This document shows, piece by piece, positions 15,597-22,267 of a DNA stretch of 22,267 nt (its first letter is position 1; each line of letters opens with the position of its first letter). The notes beneath the pieces were generated by a model. It saw only the letters and a list, made by a program, of their open reading frames with translations, was not told the DNA's origin and made no database searches. The position numbers and the translations under genes were made by a program. The stretch spans positions 1-22,267 of the forward strand of contig JAGVWJ010000011.1 in the NCBI GenBank assembly GCA_018304385.1, written 5' to 3'. Source of the stretch: Candidatus Micrarchaeota archaeon. GTDB lineage: Archaea > Micrarchaeota > Micrarchaeia > Anstonellales > Bilamarchaeaceae.

Positions 15597-16970
15597 ATGG
15601 CTAAAGTTGCTGTTTCTAGGGCTAGTGAGAATACTGCATTAGCAGCTGCAAGGGATCGTGCAAATAGAACTAGCTTGAGGTCTGTTGTTGATAATAAAGA
15701 TGCATTGATAGAAACAATAGTGCATACATCTGTAGAGTTAAGAAGGACAGTTGCGTGCGCGTTATTAGTAAACAGAGTTGATGGCATAGATGCTATGCGC
15801 AGAGTTATGCAAAAAAGACATGGCATAGAGAATCATAGAAGGGAAATAGAACAGACTGTATGCATAGCACTTAACACCCAAAGAAACTGCATGCGACTGC
15901 GCGAAAGCGAGTATGTAATGCTTGCAATGTATGGCGCGCCAACCATTGCAAATGCTGCAATAGACGATTTAGTTGCTACAAATGATGAACGAGCATATTA
16001 TGAACTATTTATTATATCCAAAAAAGCAAGGGCAGGAGAAGCACGAGTGCATGCTAGTACTGCATTAGGTAATATGTCAGTAGCAAAAGAGATTGCTGAC
16101 AGACTGCTTATGCTAATGGAAGCAGAGCTTCTAACGCTTGATCATGTATTTGTTGATCTGGAAAAACCTGATGTAGAGGTCAATGATAAACGGCTTATAG
16201 GATTCTTTCGCAGGCTTGTAAAGGAAGAGCAACTATACTACCACCACTTAGATACTGGCCTTGCGTACATGCCACTTTTAAACGCGCTTTTGGAGATGGG
16301 TGCTGATGGCGTTAAGGTAAAAACTGCATTAGACCGAATTTTATATGTAGAAAATATGGGCGATATAGCAAATGCATACATGAATGTTAGTGAACCTTTA
16401 GAGTCATGGCTTGATAGAAATCATCCTGATGTTCTTAAACTGATAAAAGAATGGATCAATGTTGTCCTCAGGGTAATAACAGACAGCAAATATGGGCGAA
16501 TAAAGGAGATAATCCCACCAAAACTTATAGACGCACTAACTGTGGAAAAGGTCTTTTTGGCATTATGCCCTGAGACATTTAAGCAAGAGATTGAAAGAGT
16601 ATTAGCAAGCCAACAAGAGATACTTAGTTCTGATTTGCTTACACCAGCTGAAAAACAAAGAGTTACTGGCATTGATGAAAAATTAATTAGATATGGATTA
16701 AATATGGGCCTTCTTGTCAGCGCAAAATCAGATGGTGGATTACCTGAGATACTAGCTGCCATACCTGCATTTGAAAAGCTAGGTGAAGGTGGTCCAGAGG
16801 AAATTGCTGATAGGGTTGCAACACGATTAGTAATAAGAAGGGTAAGAAGATTCCAGGTAAAACCAGCTGAATTTGAACGCGCGAGGCAAGAATTAGAAGA
16901 GCGACTTGCAATGGTGGAAAGAATGATTAGGGAAACGGAAACAAAGGGGGAGACTGAACATGGCAGTTAG
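15597..16970 (+). CDS. Hypothetical all-alpha (HEAT-like) protein, coupled to the helicase gene
   Basis: 457-aa open frame with amphipathic helices. Overlaps the helicase start by 11 nt, and its tail carries a GGGGAG SD for ATG 16960. Confidence 0.7.
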   Translation: MAKVAVSRASENTALAAARDRANRTSLRSVVDNKDALIETIVHTSVELRRTVACALLVNRVDGIDAMRRVMQKRHGIENHRREIEQTVCIALNTQRNCMRLRESEYVMLAMYGAPTIANAAIDDLVATNDERAYYELFIISKKARAGEARVHASTALGNMSVAKEIADRLLMLMEAELLTLDHVFVDLEKPDVEVNDKRLIGFFRRLVKEEQLYYHHLDTGLAYMPLLNALLEMGADGVKVKTALDRILYVENMGDIANAYMNVSEPLESWLDRNHPDVLKLIKEWINVVLRVITDSKYGRIKEIIPPKLIDALTVEKVFLALCPETFKQEIERVLASQQEILSSDLLTPAEKQRVTGIDEKLIRYGLNMGLLVSAKSDGGLPEILAAIPAFEKLGEGGPEEIADRVATRLVIRRVRRFQVKPAEFERARQELEERLAMVERMIRETETKGETEHGS

Positions 16971-19614
16971 CATAGAAAGCCTTAGGATTGCTGCTAATGC
17001 ATACAGAAAAAGCATTGCGCAGATGAGAGCATTTAGGCTATTCCATGAACAATTCTCCAGAAGAGAACTTGACGCAGAGCCGGTGCATCGCCTTGATTTT
17101 TATCAGTCTATACGAGTGACTGCATTAGTCAACAAGAGGCGCATTTTGGTTGCTGATGGTACTGGTACTGGAAAAACTCCTACTGCTGTTGGCGGCGCAA
17201 TTGCATTGCTGGAAGAAAAAAGAAACACTGATCCAAATAAAACATTAAGAGTATTAGTAGTCTCTCCAAATATAGGTGTAGAGGCAACATGGACCAGGGA
17301 AAACATTAATGGCTATGCATCATGGGTTGGTTGGGGAAAAGGAGATAAAGAGTTAACTGTATCAAATGTTGAGAGAAAAACTACAAAAAAAGACGGGAAG
17401 AGAAAAAGTGAGATAGTTGGGTTGGAGGGAAATGGAACTATACATTTTACTGTGTTGAATATAGAAAAATTCAAGGGAGAGCATGATCATTTTAAGCCGA
17501 GGGTTATATTAAAGACAGTATTAGAACCATTAAAGAGACAAAAATTAATAACAAAAGAAGAACTAGAAGAGTTATATGGAATTCTAACAGAGGCAAAAGA
17601 AAAATATATGGATGATGAGCTTGACGAATGCAAAGAATTAGTAGAAAGATTCCATAGAAGATTTGGAGAAATAATGGAAAGGCACAAGGAAAGCAAAAAA
17701 AAGGAACATAAAGATTACACAGAACTAATGGCTGATGCAGTGCAGTATAAGCTATTAGCTGTTTTAGATGAAGCAAAAAGGAAAGAAAACGAATACCTAA
17801 GGCCACTACTTGATCAGGATTTTGATTTGATAGTTTTGGATGAATCGCACAACTTTGCAAATCTGAAGAGTAATTCAACACAAAATGTAAGACTTATACT
17901 AGATAAACATAGAGACAAGCACTTGCTATTGCTAACTGCAACGCCAATAGCGAACCATGTACATGATATTGGATTTATTCTTAATGCGCTTCAGCCAGAT
18001 ATATTCCCTGATCCAGAAGGATACCATTATGACCAAAATCCTGATGCACTAAGGCAATTGGTTGAAAGTCAACAAGTATTTAGAATTAAGCTAAGAGAAC
18101 TAGGTATTCCTGAACCAGAGGAAACAGAAGAAAAAGTAGAACTTACAGATGCTGAAGCAGATCTGCAATTTAACATGTGGCGCAGAGCGCTCGGCATATA
18201 TAAATTAACAAAAATGCGTATAGGCCTTATTAATCCAGAATTGTTAGATCCTAATTACAAAGGTGAACGAAGCAAGTTCAAGAAAGCCAAGGAAATAGTA
18301 GATGCTGCCTTAAAAAATGGAAGAAAGGTAGTTATTTACAGCTATTATGTGCACGAAATACTCCCAGAGTTACAAAAATACCTAAAGGTCAAACTCATAA
18401 TAGAAGAGTTGATGCCATTTCTGAAGAAAGCTGATCTAAATAGGCAGGATGCATTAGAAAAAATTGAAGCTTATCTAGATGCGCTACTAAGATTAGAGGA
18501 TTTACGGGCATATTTAAAAGCACAAAGAATGAAGCCTGGTGACATAGAAGGCTTGCTCGAATTTTGGAAAGAGGGTACTGAATTTAGCAAGGTTACAGAT
18601 ATTTTAAAATCTGCAAAACTTAAAGACAAGGTAATAGCTGAAATAGGTATATGCTGGAAAAAAGGCGGAAAGGCAATCACTGATTTTGATAAATATACGA
18701 CACATAGAAGAGATGCTAATGAAATAAAGACGCAACTAGTCCGTGCGCTTAAAGAAAAAGAAGATGAAATATTAAGGATAGATAGCGATACACCGACAAG
18801 GCCAACCAAAAATGGTGTGCCAACGCGTGCGAAGATTGCAGAAACATTTAGAACAAGTGAAAAAGCCAGGGTAGCAATAATCTCTTCAGTTGCAGGTGAG
18901 TCAATAAGCCTTGCACCTGGCGAAACACCTGTAACACTCATAAATCTCGAGCCGCCAATATCTATTCCAAAATGGGAACAAACCATTGGGCGTGTTTATA
19001 GACGAGAACAAAGGGCTAATGGAAATGGAAATGGCGCATCGCACATTAAGGTTCACACACTTGTTTCGCATAGCAAGCGCTTAACCGAACTTATGCGCAA
19101 CTACGTAGAAGACCTTGCAGTTGAAGGCATAGAAGCAGAAAAGTTTGAGGCAAGATGCATAGATTGGGGGCTATTCCAATTACTTAGATACAAGAGAGGT
19201 CTTGTGGAAAAAATGTTTGATGGAGACTTAACAAGTAAAGAAGACCAAGAGATATATGACCTCACTGAAAAAGGCGCAGAGGCATTCTTACAAGCATCGG
19301 TATTTTCATCATTCTTAAGGATGCCAGCATTCCAAGTTGTTATACTAATAGATAATATTCTTAGAAATGGAGGTAGTGCGTTTATAAAAGATTGGATGAG
19401 CAAGAAGGAACAGGGTCTTAAATATGCTGAAAAATATGAAGAAGGTTGGGAAGGCTCGCTTTCGCAGCACACATTACAGCTAATGCGAAGCATATTGCAT
19501 AGAAATTATACATCCACACTGGAAAGAGAAGGCAACATAGTTGATATTGGTGGTGCTGCTGCTTATACCTCTAGGGTTCTCAGAAGAAATACCACTGTTG
19601 TTGATTTAAACTAA
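16960..19614 (+). CDS. SF2 SNF2-like helicase/ATPase followed by the N-terminal part of a class I SAM methyltransferase
   Basis: ADGTGTGKT (I), LIVLDESHN (II), LLTATP (III), KVVIYSYY (IV), AGESISL (V), QTIGRVYRREQ (VI). IVDIGGAAAY...TTVVDLN lies just before the TAA. Confidence 0.88.
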   Translation: MAVSIESLRIAANAYRKSIAQMRAFRLFHEQFSRRELDAEPVHRLDFYQSIRVTALVNKRRILVADGTGTGKTPTAVGGAIALLEEKRNTDPNKTLRVLVVSPNIGVEATWTRENINGYASWVGWGKGDKELTVSNVERKTTKKDGKRKSEIVGLEGNGTIHFTVLNIEKFKGEHDHFKPRVILKTVLEPLKRQKLITKEELEELYGILTEAKEKYMDDELDECKELVERFHRRFGEIMERHKESKKKEHKDYTELMADAVQYKLLAVLDEAKRKENEYLRPLLDQDFDLIVLDESHNFANLKSNSTQNVRLILDKHRDKHLLLLTATPIANHVHDIGFILNALQPDIFPDPEGYHYDQNPDALRQLVESQQVFRIKLRELGIPEPEETEEKVELTDAEADLQFNMWRRALGIYKLTKMRIGLINPELLDPNYKGERSKFKKAKEIVDAALKNGRKVVIYSYYVHEILPELQKYLKVKLIIEELMPFLKKADLNRQDALEKIEAYLDALLRLEDLRAYLKAQRMKPGDIEGLLEFWKEGTEFSKVTDILKSAKLKDKVIAEIGICWKKGGKAITDFDKYTTHRRDANEIKTQLVRALKEKEDEILRIDSDTPTRPTKNGVPTRAKIAETFRTSEKARVAIISSVAGESISLAPGETPVTLINLEPPISIPKWEQTIGRVYRREQRANGNGNGASHIKVHTLVSHSKRLTELMRNYVEDLAVEGIEAEKFEARCIDWGLFQLLRYKRGLVEKMFDGDLTSKEDQEIYDLTEKGAEAFLQASVFSSFLRMPAFQVVILIDNILRNGGSAFIKDWMSKKEQGLKYAEKYEEGWEGSLSQHTLQLMRSILHRNYTSTLEREGNIVDIGGAAAYTSRVLRRNTTVVDLN

Positions 19615-20244
19615 TTCGCATTTGGTATTGGAAAGAAAAAATCAGAAGATGCAGGACTAGATAACAAATTTATCCATGCAGATATGCTTCAAACCGGTTT
19701 GCCAGATGCTAGTGCAAAGATAGTTACTGCATCATACTGTTTGCACCATCTTAAGCAGAATGGAAATACTAGACAGGTTGAAGAGGCGTTGCTAGAATTT
19801 AACAGGATAATGCAAAAAGACGGCTTACTATTTATAACATTCCCATGGAGTGCCAGACTAGGAGAGCGTAGGGATGGTGAACTGAACATGGAGGCATTTA
19901 AACGCAGCATGGCACAGTATGGCTTTGAGGCATTACCAGAATCAGATGTTTATAGGGGAATATTTGAAGATAATAAAAAAAGCAGGCAGATATTGTTAAT
20001 AGTTGCAAGGAAAAAAGAGGATTGCAATGGAATAAAAGATGGCTTGGCAAAAGACTTTACAGTATATAGCAATGAACCAAAGGAAAAATGGACTGTTGAC
20101 AGACAAAAAACAAGAATGTCTAATACAGGTGGCAAGCCACGTGTTAAGCCACGTGATATAGATGGTAGAGAACCTGAAGAAGAAAAAAAGAAGGTTAAAG
20201 GATTTGAAACTGAAGACGGAAAGGGGAAAATAGAATTAGCTTAG
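19615..20244 (+). pseudogene. In-frame continuation after the TAA: C-terminal part of a class I SAM-dependent methyltransferase
   Basis: The same frame continues FAFGIGKKK...FIHADMLQTGLPDASAKIVTASYCLHHL...LLEFNRIMQKDGLLFITFP (Methyltransf_11-like motifs) to TAG 20244. The full reading would be 1094 aa. Confidence 0.8.
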
Positions 20245-20370
20245 TAATTGGTTGTTGGTAAGTGATTGGTAATTGGTACGTGGTTGTTGGTTATTGGTAG
20301 TTGGTAATTAGTAAACGTTGCCAAGAACCAAAAACTAATAACTAAAAACCAAGAACTAATAACTAATTAG
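20242..20370. repeat. Inverted array of degenerate heptamer repeats (T[G/A]GTNN[T/G] x10 facing ANAAC[C/T]A x6); probable hairpin/terminator between convergent genes
   Basis: Left arm: tagtaat tggttgt tggtaag (tgat) tggtaat tggtacg tggttgt tggttat tggtagt tggtaat tagtaaa. Centre: AACGTT. Right arm: agaacca aaaacta ataacta aaaacca agaacta ataacta. Confidence 0.85.
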
Positions 20371-21326
20371 TGTTTTACAATCTTAACTGAAACACAAGGA
20401 TAAGTATCTCCTTTTACAACTACATCGCTCTCTTTTCTGAAAACTAGCTCATCGCCTACTTTTAGAGTTGGATGAGCTTTGAAGAATGCTGTTAAACCAC
20501 TTATATAACCATCTGGGATTCTTACTACGTGCTTTGTACTAGCATCACGAATTACAAAATCAGCCTTTGGTTTTGGGAAAAATGGTTTTACTGCTGCTGG
20601 AACAACTAACACGCCATAATGCGCACCCCACGAAGGGCTCTTAGCCTTTTTAGCTGGTGGCAATGTTATGCTTACTGTTCTTTGTGCTGGTGCACTTCCT
20701 ACAACCCTAAGATCATAACAAGGTCTCTTAACATTTTTTCCAGTACCGCTATCTTTAACTGTTACATCTGCTACTCTTGTAAATACAAGCTTTTCTCCAC
20801 CTTTAAGCTCAGTATGTGTTTCGAAAAATTTGTTGAAACCACTTAAATAGCTGCCAGGTACACTTACCTCTTCATAAACTTCTCCTTTGCATCTAACTAC
20901 AAATTTACCATTGGCAAATGGGTTATTATTTCCTACAGTAAGTGCCTTATATTTACTCCAAGATACATGACTTTTCTCACCTGGAGCGTCAAGCCTAACC
21001 TCAATATCTTTTCCAACTACAGTTACGTTTCTATGATATTGACTTTTAGTATGTGCTGCTGTTTTTGGTGCTGCTGGTACTGGCCTTGCAGATGGTGGTT
21101 TAGCTACTACTGATTGGCCATCTCCTTTCCCAGTTCCTCTTAATTCAACTGTTTGACCTGATGGTTGAGCAGAATTAGTTAATTCTACTCCTCTTACGCC
21201 AGTCATTACAGTTTCTAGCAATACACCTGCTCGACCCATAACTTTAAGATGAACTGGCCCTATTCTTGGCGCTACAACAGAAACAGGGCCATCAGAAATA
21301 TATAATCTTCTAGTTAGTTGTGCCAT
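20367..21326 (-). CDS. Hypothetical protein with two tandem B3/EcoRII-N-like putative nucleic-acid-binding domains
   Basis: Internal duplication: GSYLSGFNKFFETHTELKGGEKLVFTR vs DGYISGLTAFFKAHPTLKVGDELVFRK. Pro/Ala-rich linker. TTTAAAAA at -25 to -32. Confidence 0.7.
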   Translation of the reverse strand: MAQLTRRLYISDGPVSVVAPRIGPVHLKVMGRAGVLLETVMTGVRGVELTNSAQPSGQTVELRGTGKGDGQSVVAKPPSARPVPAAPKTAAHTKSQYHRNVTVVGKDIEVRLDAPGEKSHVSWSKYKALTVGNNNPFANGKFVVRCKGEVYEEVSVPGSYLSGFNKFFETHTELKGGEKLVFTRVADVTVKDSGTGKNVKRPCYDLRVVGSAPAQRTVSITLPPAKKAKSPSWGAHYGVLVVPAAVKPFFPKPKADFVIRDASTKHVVRIPDGYISGLTAFFKAHPTLKVGDELVFRKESDVVVKGDTYPCVSVKIVKH

Positions 21327-21395
21327 GTTTGTATAATATATGGCACAGGCTTTTTAAATGTTTGTTTCAATAGAAAAAGCTGCTTCTTAGGCAAA

Positions 21396-21764
21396 TTATA
21401 ACTGTTGCGATGCCACGTCGGACGTTCGGGGATTTAGCATCCTTAAAATTCTTGCTTTTAATTCACCAAGGTCTTTTTCTCTTAGTGAGACTCTACCATC
21501 CAAGGCCCCAATTAATTCCCCATAGTTTCTAACTTCTGCTTTGGGCTGAGCATCTTGTACATCACAAAACTCTGCTAAAAGTCTGGATTTTTCAATACGC
21601 AAGGACAACACATCATCATGTGCTTTTTTAAATACTCTAACTAATTCTGCAAGCTCGCGCTGTTTTTGCGCTGGCATGCCTCTTAGCAATTTTCTTGATT
21701 GTAATGTAGTAGGATTTTCTAAAGCACCTGAAAGCGCATTAATAGTTAAAAATTGTAAACGCAT
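21396..21764 (-). CDS. Hypothetical coiled-coil protein (start probably ATG 21764)
   Basis: Heptad-like Leu/Arg/Glu pattern. TTTTAAAAA at 21788-21796 is -24 to -32 from ATG 21764. Confidence 0.65.
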   Translation of the reverse strand: MRLQFLTINALSGALENPTTLQSRKLLRGMPAQKQRELAELVRVFKKAHDDVLSLRIEKSRLLAEFCDVQDAQPKAEVRNYGELIGALDGRVSLREKDLGELKARILRMLNPRTSDVASQQL

Positions 21765-21796
21765 AATTATATTATTTAACACTTAGGTTTTTAAAA

Positions 21797-22267
21797 CTAC
21801 CCAAAACGCCAAAGTCCAAAAAGCCTGGCGACAGGTCTTGAAATTGCACTATCTGGCATTATATTTAGAACATCTAATGGTACTTCTAGATTAACTAGGA
21901 TCTCTCTTGCCTCTTTTTCTTTGAAACGAACACTGCCATGTTTTGCACCTATTTCCAAAACATCACGCTTCCAATCAACAACAAAACGTCCATAGCGATC
22001 TGATAAATATTTATAAACATCTAAACCAGTCTTTACCTTCTTTTGATCATCAATAGACTTTATTATGGAAACTATACGCATGGATAAAAAACTTGCTGAT
22101 AACAGTAATTGATCAAAGCCTTCTATACCTAATCTACTAATATATGCTCGAACCTCACCTGAATTTAGCTCTCTTATAAATTGATCAACAAATTTTCTAG
22201 TATCACCTAATTCCCTTAAAACTTCCCTAGTCCTTAAACCAGATATTCTTGCAGTACAGCAAAAAAA
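21797..22267 (-). CDS. Hypothetical protein, 5' part runs off the window
   Basis: The frame of the 94-aa ORF stays open for 62 more codons to the window end (FFCCTARISGLRTREVLRELGDTRKFVDQFIRELNSGEVRAYISRLGIEGFDQLLLSASFLS-MRIVS...). Confidence 0.7.
   Translation of the reverse strand, partial: FFCCTARISGLRTREVLRELGDTRKFVDQFIRELNSGEVRAYISRLGIEGFDQLLLSASFLSMRIVSIIKSIDDQKKVKTGLDVYKYLSDRYGRFVVDWKRDVLEIGAKHGSVRFKEKEAREILVNLEVPLDVLNIMPDSAISRPVARLFGLWRFG

Noticed and set aside
19612-19614. Genome-wide TAA reassignment
   Set aside because: TAA terminates clearly complete genes here (ferredoxin, HAD, DUF62, both surface proteins).
16960-20244. DISARM, BREX or type III restriction-modification assignment
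   Set aside because: No DNA-methyltransferase catalytic motif (DPPY/NPPY/PC), nuclease, PglZ or DrmA/B-like partner is recognisable.
20242-20370. CRISPR array
   Set aside because: Units are 7-nt degenerate tandem repeats with no unique spacers, and there are no cas genes in the window.
789-20846. Short antisense or overlapping ORFs in the track (for example 789..1109, 3547..3915, 9411..9719, 14925..15317, 17504..17881, 18471..18986, 19101..19493)
   Set aside because: They lie inside well-supported genes on the opposite strand or in another frame and show no motifs; treated as shadow ORFs.
21940-21975. DVLEIGAKHG as a methyltransferase motif I in the last ORF
   Set aside because: It lies too close to the C-terminus to be followed by a Rossmann fold, and no other MTase motifs are present.

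Overview
AT-rich archaeal window, most likely a DPANN archaeon of the Micrarchaeota (inferred from a three-unit epsilon2-type tRNA splicing endonuclease and near-universal leaderless TATA promoters). The left part holds housekeeping genes: RNase HII 3' end, a 2Fe-2S ferredoxin-like protein, a HAD phosphatase, endA, threonine aldolase, a DUF62 SAM hydrolase-like protein and a HExxH protein. Next comes a tRNA-Arg(CCT) absent from the ORF track, with two non-canonical BHB introns (D-loop 20a/21 and T-arm 53/54). The middle has two tandem paralogous Cys-stapled, membrane-anchored surface proteins, a stand-alone AsnB synthetase domain and an orphan VirB11/FlaI-like ATPase. The right part is accessory-like: orphan helical proteins, a SNF2-like helicase fused to a class I SAM methyltransferase and broken by one in-frame TAA, an inverted heptamer-repeat array, and a protein with two B3/EcoRII-N-like domains. 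All product calls come from motif recognition by eye; no database search was run.
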